Shown here one piece after another: positions 10,607 through 21,326 of a DNA stretch of 64,000 nt. The stretch spans positions 310,001 through 374,000 of the forward strand of contig JAXLNO010000350.1 in the NCBI GenBank assembly GCA_038087875.1, read 5' to 3'. The first letter of the stretch is position 1, and each line of letters starts with the position of its first letter. This DNA is from Malacoraja senta. Taxonomy: Eukaryota. Under the pieces are notes generated by a model. It worked only from the letters and a program-made list of their open reading frames with translations. It made no database searches and was not told where the DNA came from. The position numbers and the translations under genes are program-made.

Positions 10607-11120
10607 AAACAATAGACAACAGGTGCAGGAGGAGGCCATTCGGCCCTTCGAGCCAGCACTGCCATTCAATGTGATCATGGCTGATCATCCCCAATCAGTT
10701 CCCCGTTCCTGCTTTCCCCACATATCCCCTGACTCCGCTATCTTTAAGAGCCCCATCTAGCTCTCTCTTGAAAGTATCCAGAGAACCAGCCTCCACTGCC
10801 CTCGGAGGCAGAGAATTCCACAGACTCACAACTCTCTGGGTGAAAAAGTGTTTCCTCGTCTCCGTTCTAAATGGTTTACCCCTTATTCTTAAACTGTGGC
10901 CCCTGGTTCTGGACTCCCCCAACATAGGGAACATGTTTCATGCCTCTAGCGTGTCCAAACCCTTAATAATCTTATAAGTTTCAATAAGATACCCTCTCAT
11001 CCTTCTAAATTCCAGAGTGTACAAGCCCAGCCGCTCCAGTCTATCAACATATGACAGTCCCGCCATCCCGGGAATTAACCTGGTGAACCTACGCTGCACT
11101 CCCTCAATAGCAAGAATGTC
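10607..11120 (-). mobile_element. 5'-truncated CR1 with CAGC target-site duplication
   Basis: RT C-terminal ORFs 10695-11165. CAGC occurs at 10603-10606 and 11121-11124. Confidence 0.88.
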
Positions 11121-12271
11121 CAGCGGAGTGAAATAAACAGGGCTATGGAGTCCGACCCAAAACATCCGACACCTTGGTATAATAATTCTAAATCTGCTGT
11201 GATAACATTACACAAGATGACATTTCATAAGAACTACATGAATCATCTGGCTGACTTTTAAACCCATGTCCTTAAAGTGGTTGTAGCTATGCTATTTTAT
11301 TGTTTATTCTTGGGGAAAAAAACATAATTGAATATGCTAAAAGAAAAAATATATATAGAAAGGACTATGACAAAATTAAAATTCCATTGAATTAAATAAA
11401 AATTATAAAATCATTATTCCAATATGTATTAAACTAAGGCCACAGGTATGAGCTAAATGGCAAAAAAAATCCCAAGTGCAATAGAAGTTAAAAGTAAATG
11501 CACAGGTAGTTAAGTTTGTCACAAAGGTTCATACCTAAAATTTATTAATAACGACCTTAGGAACAGAATTGCTTCTGCCAGATCCTCTTTCCTTGAAGCC
11601 CCTTAAATCTGATTCATTTATTTTCAGTGCTGAGAACATTCTCTCCACACGCACCTGAGTGGGTGGTATGGCTGTTACTATCATAGCTGCAAACGTTACT
11701 ATTTCTGGATAAGTAGGGATGATGGGGAATTATAGACCAGTTATCCTGACATCGGTGATGGGGAAGATGCTGGAGTCAATTATTAAAGAAGTAATAATGG
11801 CGAATTTGGATAGCAATAAAAGGATTGGTCCAAGTCAGCATGGATTTATGAAGGGAAATCCTGCTTGAATAATCTTCTGGAATTTTTTGAGGATGTGACA
11901 AGTAAAATGGTTGAAGGAGAGCCAGTGGATGTAGTGTATCTGGACTTTCAGAAAGCCTTTGATAAGGCCCCATATAGGAGATTAGTGGGCAAAATTAGAG
12001 CACATGGTATTGGAGGTAGGGTATTGACATGGATAGAGAATTGGTTGGCAGACAGGAAACAAAGATTAGGAATAAACGGGTCCCTGTCAGAATGGCAGGC
12101 AGTGGCGAGTGGAGTGCCGCAAGGCTTGGTGCTGGGGCCACAATTATTTACAATATATATTAATGATTTAGATGATGGAATTAAAAGTAACACTAGCAAA
12201 TTTGCAGATGACACAAAACTAGGTGGCAGTGTGAACTGCGAAGAGGATGCTAGGAGGTTGCAGGGTAACTT

Positions 12272-12856
12272 AGAAACATAGAAACATAGAAAATAGGTGC
12301 AGGAGGAGGCCATTCGGCCCTTCGAGCCAGCACCACCATTCATTGTGATCATGGCTGATCGTCCCCTATCAATAACCCGTGCCTGCCTTCTCGCCATATC
12401 CCTTGACTCCACTAGCCCCTAGAGCTCTATCTAACTCTCTCTTAAATCCATCCAGTGATTTGGCCTCTACTGCCCTCTGTGGCAGGGAATTCCATAAATT
12501 CACAACTCTCTGGGTGAAAAAGTTTTTTCTCACCCCAGTCTTAAATCACCTCCCCTTTATTCTAAGACTGTGTGGCCCCTGTTCTGGACTTGCCCAACAT
12601 TGGGAACATTTTTTCCTGCATCTAGCTTGTCCAGTCCTTTTATAATTTTATATGTTTCTATAAGATCCCCCTCATCCTTCTGAACTCCAGTGAATACAAG
12701 CCTAGTCTTTTCAATCTTTCCTCATATGACAGTCCTGCCATCCCAGGGATCAATCTCGTGAACCTATGTTGCACTGCCTCAATCACAAGGATGTCCTTCC
12801 TCAAATTAGGAGACCAAAACTGTACACAATACTCCAGATGTGGTCTCACCAGAGCC
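12272..12856 (-). mobile_element. Nested 5'-truncated CR1
   Basis: AGAAACAT tail repeats and RT C-terminus; CTT duplicated at the flanks. Confidence 0.88.
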
Positions 12857-12977
12857 CTTGGACAGGTTGAGTGAGTGGGCAGATGCATGGCAGATGTAGT
12901 ATAATGTAGATCAACGTGAGGTTATCCACTTTGGCGGCAAGAACAAGGAGGCAGATTCTTATCTCAATGGTGTCAGA

Positions 12978-15900
12978 TTAGGAAAAAGGGTAGTGCAACG
13001 AGACCTGGGTGTTATAGATACATAGAAAATAGGTGCAGGAGTAGGCCATTCGGCCCTTCGAGCCTGCACCGCCATTCAATATGATCATGGCCACAAGGGC
13101 CACAAGGGCCACATCTAACTCCCTCTTAAATATAGCCAATGAACTGGCCTCAACTACCCTCTGTGGCAGAGAGTTCCAGAGATTCACCACTCTCTGTGTG
13201 AAAAGGTTTTTCCTCATCTCGGTCTTAAAGGATTTCCCCCTTATCCTTAAGCTGTGACCCCTTGTCCTGGACCTCCCCAACATCGGGAACAATCTTCCTG
13301 CATCTAGCCTGTCCAATCCCACAAGAATTTTGTACGTTTCTATAAGATCCCCCCTCAATCTCCTAAATTCTAGCGAGTATAAGCCAAGTCCATCCAGTCT
13401 TTCTTCATATGAAAGTCCTGACATCCCAGGAATCAGTCTGGTGAACCTTCTCTGCACTCCCTCCATGGCTATAATGTCCTTCCTCAGATTTGGAGACCAA
13501 AACTGTACGCAATACTCCAGGTGTGGTCTTACCAAGACCCTGTACAACTGCAGTAGAACCTCCCTGCTCCTATACTCAAATCCTTTTGCTATGAAAGCTA
13601 ACATACCATTCGCTTTCTTCACTGCCTGCTGCACCTGCATGCCTACTTTCAATGACTGGTGTACCATGACACCCAGGTCTCGCTGCATCTCCCCATTTTC
13701 TAATCGGCCACCATTTAGATAATAGTCTGCTTTCCTGTTTTTGCCACCAAAGTGGATAACCTCACATTTATCCACATTATACTGCATCTGCCAAACATTT
13801 GCCCACTCACCCAGCCTATCCAAGTCACCTTGCAGTCTCCTAGCATCCTCCTCACAGCTAACACTGCCCCCCAGCTTAGTGTCATCCGCAAACTTGGAGA
13901 TGTTGCCTTCAATTCCCTCATCCAGATCATTAATATAAATTGTAAATAGCTGGGGTCCCAGCACTGAGCCTTGCGGTATCCCACTAGTCACTGCCTGCCA
14001 TTGTGAAAAGGACCCGTTTACTCCTACTCTTTGCTTCCTGTTTGCCAGCCAGTTCTCTATCCACATCAATACTGAACCCCCAATACCGTGTGCTTTAAGT
14101 TTGTATACTAATCTCTTATGTGGTACCTTGTCGAAAGCCTTCTGAAAGTCCAGAAACAACACATCCACTGGTTCTCCCCTATCCACTCTACTAGTTACAT
14201 CCTCGAAAAATTCTATAAGATTCGTCAGACATGATTTACCTTTCGTAAATCCATGCTGACTTTGTCCAATGATTTCACCACTTTCCAAATATGCTGCTAT
14301 CCCATCTTTAATAAGTGACTCTAGCAGTTTCCCCACTACCGATGTTAGACTAACTGGTCTGTAATTCCCTGTTTTCTCTCTCCCTCCCTTCTTAAAAAGT
14401 GGGGTTACGTTTGCTACCCTCCAATCCTCAGGAACTACTCCAGAATCTAAAGAGTTTTGAAAAATTATCACTAATGCATCCACTATTTCTGGAACTACTT
14501 CCTTAAGTACTCTGGGATGCAGCCTATCTGGCCCTGGTGATTTATCGGCCTTTAATCCATTCAATTTACCCAACACCACTTCCCGACTAACCTGGATTTC
14601 ACTCAGTTCCTCCATCTCCTTTGACCTGCGGCCCCCTGCTATTTCCGGCAGATTATTTATGTCTTCCTCAGTGAAGACGGAACCAAAGTAGTTATTCAAT
14701 TGGTCCGCCATATCCTTGTTCCCCATGATCAATTCACCTGTTTCTGACTGCAAGGGACCTACATTTGTTTTAAATAATCTCTTTCTCTTCACACATCTAT
14801 AAAAACTTTTGCAGTCAGTTTTTATGTTCCCTGCCAGTTTCCTTTCATAATCTATTTTCCCTTTCCTAATTAAGCCCTTTGTCCTCCTCTGCTGGTCTCT
14901 GAATTTCTCCCAGTCCTCTGGTATGCTGCTTTTTCTGGCTAATTTGTACGCATCATCTTTTGCTTTGATACCATCCCTGATTTCCCTTGTTATCCACGGA
15001 TGCACTACCTTCCCTGATTTATTCTTTTGCCAAACTGGGATGAACAATTTTTGTAGTTCATCCATGCAGTCTTTAAATGCCTTCCATTGCATATCCACCG
15101 TCAACCCTTTTAGAACAAATTGCCAGTCAATCTTGGCCAATTCACGTCTCATACCCTCAAAGTTACCTTTCTTTAAGTTCAGAACCGTTGTTTCTGAATT
15201 AACAATGTCACTCTCCATCCTAATGAAGAACTCAACCATATTATGATCACTCTTGCCCAAGGGGGCACGCACAACAAGACTGCTAACTAACCCTTCCTCA
15301 TTACTCAATACCCAGTCTAGAATAGCCTGCTCTCTCGTTGGTTCCTCTACATGTTGGTTTAGATAACTATCCCGCATACATTCCAAGAAATCCTCTTCCT
15401 CAGCACCCCTGCCAATTTGATTCACCCAATCTATATGTAGATTGAAGTCACCCATTATAACTGTTTTGCCTTTGTTGCACACATTTCTAATTTCCTGTTT
15501 GATGCCATCCCCAACTTCACTACTACTGCTAGGTGGCCTGTACACAACACCCACCAGCGTTTTCTGCCCCTTAGTGTTTCGCAGCTCTACCCATACCGAT
15601 TCCACATCCTCCAAGCTAATGTCCTTCCTTTCCACTGCGTTAATCTCCTCTCTAACCAGCAACGCTACCCCACCTCCTTTTCCTTTCTCTCTATCCCTCC
15701 TGAATATTGAATATCCCTGGATGTTCAGCTCCCAGCCTTGGTCACCCTGGAGCCATGTCTCCGTGATCCCAACTATATCATAATCATTAATTGCTATCTG
15801 CACGTTCAACTCATCCACCTTATTACGAATGCTCCTTGCATTGAGACACAAAGCCTTCAGGCTTGTTTTTACAACGCTCTTACCCCTTATACAATTATGT

Positions 15901-16352
15901 TGAAAATTGGCCCTTTTTGATTTTTGCCCTGGATTTGTCTGCCTGCCACTTTTACTTTTCACCTTGCTACCTATTGCTTCCGCCCGCATTTTACACCCCT
16001 CTGTTTCTCTGCTCATCCATTTAAGAACCCCACCACCTCTTATTCTCTGTTTATTATTATTTTCTTCATTCCTCCCTACATGTTGGGTCTGAGTGCTTTC
16101 CTTCTCTGCCTCCTGCCTCACACACTGTCTAATAGCATTCTCTATTTGAGTCCCTCCCCCCAACCATTCTAGTTTAAAGTCTCCCCAGTAGCCTTTGCAG
16201 ATCTCCCCGCCAGGATATCGGTCCCCCTCAGGTTCAAGTGCAACCCATCCTTTTTGTACAGGTCGAACCTTCCACAAAAGAGGTCCCAATGATCCAGAAA
16301 TTTGAATCCCTGCCTTCTGCACCAGTCCTTCAGCCACGCATTTATCCTCCAC
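12978..16352 (-). CDS. CR1 ORF2: apurinic-like endonuclease + reverse transcriptase (true start uncertain; C-terminus altered by deletion)
   Basis: LNARSI, GITETWL, VYRPP, MGDFN, LDWVL, SDHN (APE); KSPGPD, NYRPVSLTS, DFQKAFDKV, GIPQGSVLGP, FADD (RT). Confidence 0.92.
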   Translation of the reverse strand: MEDKCVAEGLVQKAGIQISGSLGPLLWKVRPVQKGWVALEPEGDRYPGGEICKGYWGDFKLEWLGGGTQIENAIRQCVRQEAEKESTQTQHVGRNEENNNKQRIRGGGVLKWMSRETEGCKMRAEAIGSKVKSKSGRQTNPGQKSKRANFQHNCIRGKSVVKTSLKALCLNARSIRNKVDELNVQIAINDYDIVGITETWLQGDQGWELNIQGYSIFRRDREKGKGGGVALLVREEINAVERKDISLEDVESVWVELRNTKGQKTLVGVVYRPPSSSSEVGDGIKQEIRNVCNKGKTVIMGDFNLHIDWVNQIGRGAEEEDFLECMRDSYLNQHVEEPTREQAILDWVLSNEEGLVSSLVVRAPLGKSDHNMVEFFIRMESDIVNSETTVLNLKKGNFEGMRRELAKIDWQFVLKGLTVDMQWKAFKDCMDELQKLFIPVWQKNKSGKVVHPWITREIRDGIKAKDDAYKLARKSSIPEDWEKFRDQQRRTKGLIRKGKIDYERKLAGNIKTDCKSFYRCVKRKRLFKTNVGPLQSETGELIMGNKDMADQLNNYFGSVFTEEDINNLPEIAGGRRSKEMEELSEIQVSREVVLGKLNGLKADKSPGPDRLHPRVLKEVVPEIVDALVIIFQNSLDSGVVPEDWRVANVTPLFKKGGREKTGNYRPVSLTSVVGKLLESLIKDGIAAYLESGEIIGQSQHGFTKGKSCLTNLIEFFEDVTSRVDRGEPVDVLFLDFQKAFDKVPHKRLVYKLKAHGIGGSVLMWIENWLANRKQRVGVNGSFSQWQAVTSGIPQGSVLGPQLFTIYINDLDEGIEGNISKFADDTKLGGSVSCEEDARRLQGDLDRLGEWANVWQMQYNVDKCEVIHFGGKNRKADYYLNGGRLENGEMQRDLGVMVHQSLKVGMQVQQAVKKANGMLAFIAKGFEYRSREVLLQLYRVLVRPHLEYCVQFWSPNLRKDIIAMEGVQRRFTRLIPGMSGLSYEERLDGLGLYSLEFRRLRGDLIETYKILVGLDRLDAGRLFPMLGRSRTRGHSLRIRGKSFKTEMRKNLFTQRVVNLWNSLPQRVVEASSLAIFKRELDVALVALVAMIILNGGAGSKGRMAYSCTYFLCIYNTQVSLHYPFS

Positions 16353-17135
16353 CTCGCTCCATTCCTACTCTCACTGTCGCGTGGCATAGGCAGTAATCCC
16401 GAGATTGTTACCTTTGCTGTCCTTCTCTTTAACTCCCCTCCTAACTCCCTAAATTCTCCTTTCAGGACCTCTTCTCTTTTTTTACCTATGTCATTGGTAC
16501 CTATATGTACCACGACCTCGGGCTCCTCTCCCTGCCCTTTCAGGATATCTTGGACACGTTGAGACACATCACAGACCCTGGCACCAGGGAGGCAAACTAC
16601 CATCCGGGTCTCCCGACTGCGTCCACAGAATCGCCTGTCTGACCCCCTAACTATAGAGTCCCCTATTAGTATTGCCCTCCTCTTCTTTTCCTTACCCTTC
16701 TGAGCAACAGGGCCGGTCTCTATACTGGAGGCCCGGCCGCTGTCGCTACCCCCAGGTAGGCTGTCCCCCCCAACAGTGCTCAAACAGGAGTACTTATTGT
16801 CAAGGTGTACAGCCACCGGGGTACTCTCTAATCTCTGCCTGTGCCCCTTGCCTCTCCCAACCGTGATCCACTTGCCTGCCTCCTGTGGTCTTGGAGTGAC
16901 CACCTCCCTGTAACTCCTCTCAATGACTTCCTCGCTCTCCCTGACCAGACGGAGGTCATCGAGCTGCTGCTCCAGGTTCCTAATACGGTCCATTAGGAGC
17001 CCCATCTTGATACACCTGGCGCAGATGTGGACGTCTGGAGGGCTATCAGACTCCATGACTTCCCACATCTGACATCCAGAACAGTAAACAGCCCTGGCCC
17101 TCATACTCCCCTTACCCTGGATAAGGGGAGTATGT
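13014..17135 (-). mobile_element. Near-full-length CR1 LINE with GGTGTT target-site duplication
   Basis: Two long open ORFs and a 3' tail. GGTGTT occurs at 13008-13013 and 17136-17141. Confidence 0.95.
16169..17104 (-). CDS. CR1 ORF1: CxxC...CxxC finger, coiled coil, SGNH esterase-like domain
   Basis: ATG at 17104 gives MRARAVYCSGCQMW...CARC; also GDSIVRG, HIGTNDI and DGLHLN. ORF-track residues upstream of ~17135 come from the host element. Confidence 0.9.
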   Translation of the reverse strand: MRARAVYCSGCQMWEVMESDSPPDVHICARCIKMGLLMDRIRNLEQQLDDLRLVRESEEVIERSYREVVTPRPQEAGKWITVGRGKGHRQRLESTPVAVHLDNKYSCLSTVGGDSLPGGSDSGRASSIETGPVAQKGKEKKRRAILIGDSIVRGSDRRFCGRSRETRMVVCLPGARVCDVSQRVQDILKGQGEEPEVVVHIGTNDIGKKREEVLKGEFRELGGELKRRTAKVTISGLLPMPRDSESRNGARWRINAWLKDWCRRQGFKFLDHWDLFCGRFDLYKKDGLHLNLRGTDILAGRSAKATGETLN

Positions 17136-17968
17136 GGTGTTCTTGTACACCAGTCACTGAAAGAAAACATGCAGGTACAGTAGTCAGTGAAGAAAGCAAA
17201 TGGCATGTTGGCCTTCATAACGAGAGGATTTGAATATAGGAGGTTCTTCTGCAGTTGTACAGGCCCCTGGTGAGACCACATCTGGAGTATTGTGTGCAGT
17301 TTTGGTCTCCTAATTTGAGTAAGGACATCCTTACTATTGAGGCAGTGCAGCGTAGGTTCACGAGGTTAATCCCCGGGATGGCAGGACTGTCATATGTGGA
17401 AAGATTAGAAAGACCGGGCTTGTATTCACTGGAAGTTATGATGAAAGGGTGATATTATAGAAATACATAAAATTATAAAAGGACTGGACAAGCTGGATGC
17501 AGGAAAAGTGTTCCCAATGTTTGGGAAGTCGGGAACCAGGGGCCACTGTCATTAATATAAAGGGGAGGCCATTTAAAACTCAGATGAGCAAAAAGTTGTG
17601 AATTTGTGGACTTCTCTGCCACAGAAGGCAGTGGAGGCCAATTCACTGGATGTATTTAAAAGAGAGTTAGATAGAGCTCTTGGGAATAGTGGAATCATGG
17701 GATATGGGGAGAAGGCAGGCACGGGTTACTGATTGTGTATAATCAGCCATTATCACAAAGAATGGCGGTGCTGGCTCGAAGAGCCAAATGGCCTCCTCCT
17801 GCATCTATATCCTATGTTTCTATGCCCCATCTACACAATTCACTCTATCTATTCCCCTCTACATATTATGCACTTGTAGGGCTTTTATGCAATAGTATTG
17901 GTGTTATTAATTTATTGACTTTTTGTTTTTTGCATGGTATCTATGTATATTGTGTTAATAGGCCTGTA

Positions 17969-18205
17969 AAGGGCCTGTCCCACTTACGCGACCTTTACAG
18001 GCGACTGCCGGTACTCATCATAGGCCGCCGAAATTTCAACATGTTGAAAATTCAGCGGCGACCAGAAAGACGCTACGACTCTTTGGAGACCTCTCACAAC
18101 CATAGGAGACCTCTCACGACCATACAGGCGAACCCTGGCGACATGACGCGGGCGACCTCTCAGGACCATAGGAGACCTCTCACAACTGTGGTCGTGAGAG
18201 GTCAT
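17969..18205. mobile_element. Non-autonomous DNA transposon end, same family as 1770-2044
   Basis: Begins AAGGGCCTGTCCCACTTACGCGAC; internal GACCTCTCA..ACCATAG repeats. Confidence 0.55.
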
Positions 18206-18351
18206 TGTGGGCCGAAGGGCCGTTCGTGTGCCGGACTGTTCTATGCTCTATTCTATTCCATAACAAAGGCTATATTCTGCAACAATATGCTATATTCTGT
18301 TCTATAATAACTATGATATTTATATTCTTATGCATCAATATATATGTCGTA

Positions 18352-18920
18352 CGGTCATATGTGATAGGAGTAGAATTAGGCCATTCGGCCCATCGTGTCA
18401 ACTCCGCCATTCAATCATGGCTGATCTATCTCTCCCTCCTAACCCCATTCTCCTGCCTTCTCCCCATACCCCTGACAATCGTACTAATCAAGAATCTATC
18501 TATCTCTGCACTAAACTATCCAATGACTTGGCCTCCACAGCCTCCTGTGGGAATAAATAGCACAGGTTCACCACCCTCTGACTAAAGGAATTCCACATCT
18601 CCTTCCTTAAAGAACGTCCTGTAATTCTGTGGCTGTGACCTCTAGTCCTAGACTCTCCCACTAGTGGAAACATCCTGTCCACATCCACTCTATCCAAGCC
18701 TTTTACTATTCCTTTTACTATGTTTCAATGAGGTCCCCATTGTCCTAAACTCCAGCGAGTACAGGCCCAGTGCCGACAAACGCTCATCATAGATAAACTT
18801 ACTAATTCCTGGGATCATCCTTGTAAACCTCACCTGGACCCTCTCCAGAGCCAGCACATCCTTCCTCAGACATAGTGCCCAAATTTGCTCACAATACTCC
18901 AAATTAAGCCTTACCGAGCC
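18352..18920 (-). mobile_element. Decayed CR1 3' fragment
   Basis: MEYCEQIW..LRKDVLALERVQ, MFPLVGESRTRGH and 3'UTR motifs. Confidence 0.85.
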
Positions 18921-19241
18921 TGATTATAGGATTCTATGTGCTGAAGTTCTCTTTCTCTGTGTGTAGCTGATTTGCAATAACAGGGTTTATATCGGCGTGG
19001 CAATGTGTGAGATTAGATGGCAGAGGTTGGGCATATTTTAAAGATGTCATCATTTGTGGGGTTGTGGGTGGTGATGGTGTCATTGGATTTATGATCCATC
19101 CCTAACTAAAAGGGTGCAGATTTCACTGCTGAGGCTTAGCGTTATGTAAGGGTGAAAGTTGGAGGCTTCTTCCCCCGAACGTCCTTACAGAACTAGCTTG
19201 GATTGGTAAAGTTTCCAGTAGTTCAGTTCAGTTTCAATTTA

Positions 19242-19428
19242 TGTGTAGGAAGGAACTGCAGCTGCTGGTTTAAACCGAAGATAGACACAAAATGCTGGAG
19301 TAACTCAACGGGACGAGCAACGTCTATGGATAGAAGGAATGGGTGTCGTTTTGGGTTAAGACCCTTCAGACTCCAGAGAGGCTGCGTGTCCCGCTGAGTT
19401 ACTCCAGCATTTTGTGTCTATCTTCAGT
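19242..19428. mobile_element. Fold-back element made of Penelope-type terminal sequence
   Basis: 19277-19314 and 19388-19425 are 38-bp inverted repeats with one mismatch. Confidence 0.7.
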
Positions 19429-19787
19429 TTCAGTTTAGTTTATTGTCACATGTACTGAGGTACAGTGAAAAGCTTGGTCTGTCTCCCAGACGAGACGGAG
19501 GGTCACCCAGATATAGGAGCCCCTCTCCCAGATGGAGCAAGTCTCCCAGACGCAAGAGGCAATCACGGCCCACATCACAAGGTAATGTGGTGGGGGAACC
19601 TGCTCACATCGTGCCAAGCCACACTCACACACAACAGAAATACAACACAGAACGAGTCGGAAATACGACTCGCACGAGAAGTGTCCGATTGTCAATACCC
19701 CCAACTCGACTTGTTATGTAAAATAGTTAGGCAATGATTTTGTAGTTTTGTAGTATAATGTTCAAAGTATAAAGAGGACTGTGTTTA

Positions 19788-20180
19788 TTGTAGGTAGACA
19801 AAATTGCTGGAGAAACTCAGCGGGTGAGGCAGCATCTATGGAGCGAAGGAATAGGTGACGTTTTGGGTCGAGACCCTTCTTCAGACTGATGTGGAGGTGG
19901 GGGGAGGGGCAGGAAGAAGAAAGGAAGAGGTGGAGACAGTGGGTTGTGGGAGAGCTGGGAAGGGGAGGGGAAGGAGGGAGAAAGCAGGGACTACCTGAAA
20001 TTGGAGAAGTCAATGTTCATGCCGCTGGGGTGTAAACTACCCAAGCAAAATATGAGGTGCTGCTCCTCCAATTTGCGGTGGGACTCTCTCTGGCCATGGA
20101 GGAGACCCAGGACAGAAAGGTCGGATTGGGAATGGGAGGGGGAGTTGAAGTGCTGGGCCACCGGGAGATCAGGTTGGTTA
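19788..20180 (-). mobile_element. Penelope-like 3' fragment
   Basis: QPDLPVAQHFNSPSHS...GMNIDFSNFR plus terminal repeat; same family as 9063-9845. Confidence 0.88.
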
Positions 20181-20439
20181 TTATGAAAATTGTGGGACTT
20201 TATCCACATTAAATTGATTAAAGGCTAAATTTATTAGTATTGAAAATAGTTTGTATTGTACATGAATTTGTGACCCCGAAGTTGAAGGCGGAGATGTGAT
20301 GTAACTGCTAGTGCCATCTTGCAACATTTGTACTCATCGTCCATGTGTAAATGCCAGTGCCCTCTTGAGGCCAGGAGTAGAAGCTGCCAGGTTTGCCTGG
20401 GCCTCGTGACTCATGACAAGTTGAAAGAGCTAATAGTGA

Positions 20440-20933
20440 AATCTAATTTTGTTTACAAAATGGAGTCGTTCTCCTGCACAAGCACGATCTGGTAGAACAA
20501 AAGAATGGCTCGGTGCCAAATCTGAATGACTGCAAATTATATGGAACACAATATGGAGGTCAGGTTGTCTTTTTAATAAAGACATTAAGATGGAAACCTG
20601 TGTCAGAACGTGTGCTTCTTTCACAGCCATAAAGAAGCCAAGATTGAAAAAAATAGCTGATACTCCAGAGATAAGCAATAACTTGTTATTGGATGAGCTT
20701 GATTTGGACCCATCTTTTGCTATAGTCTGAAAGGCAATAGAATCTTTCAATCATGCTATATTAAGACTTGGCATTTTTCTGATAAGAAAAATGTATCATT
20801 GCGCTAACTTTCCTTCGTTCTGTGAGTGGAGCCCGAGAAGTACTCAGCAACGTTTGTGCTCATTGTAGATCTTGCCACTCCCGTCTGATCAATCGATTAA
20901 AGATTGGCTCTGTTTACCTTTAACAATTTTGTT
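20440..20933 (+). repeat. Unclassified ~490-bp sequence, inverted paralog of 28229-28720
   Basis: Blocks such as AGAACAAAAGAATGGCTCGGTGCCAA and TTATTGGATGAGCTTGATTTGGACCCA recur as reverse complements. Confidence 0.85.
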
Positions 20934-21326
20934 AAAGGTAAACCACCCCTTCTCCCCCTCCCCTCACGTCCTCCGTCCTCATCCCCCTTCCCCACTTGCC
21001 TCAATATCTCACCCCTCCTTCCCGCCTCCCTTCTCCCCTCCCTTCTCATGTTCACACCTTAATCTCCCCCATCACTCCGCCCGCTTCCCTCACACACCCC
21101 TCTCAACCCCCTCTGGCCTCCCCCCACACCCCTTCAAGCAATAGTAATGTTCACGCATTAGTAACGTCCTGTTTGCCAGCTTGTTGACCCTCTGTGTTCC
21201 CCTCCTGCAGGGTTTAGGAGCCGTTGCTGTGGACGGAGAGACGGCTAGGGTGCCGGTGAGCCCCTCCCCCCATCTGCTCGGTGTGCGGGCTGAGCTTCGA
21301 GGGGCTGAGCTTCAGTGGAGGACCAC

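Larger units (their letters stand above)
11720..17822 (+). mobile_element. Older CR1 ORF2 3' half split into three pieces (11720-12271, 12857-13013, 17136-17822) by nested insertions
   Basis: The pieces join colinearly: NYRPV, YLDFQKAFDK, GVPQG, FADD ...LQGNL|DRL...DLGV|LVHQSL... LVRPHLEYC, then the 3' tail. Confidence 0.88.
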
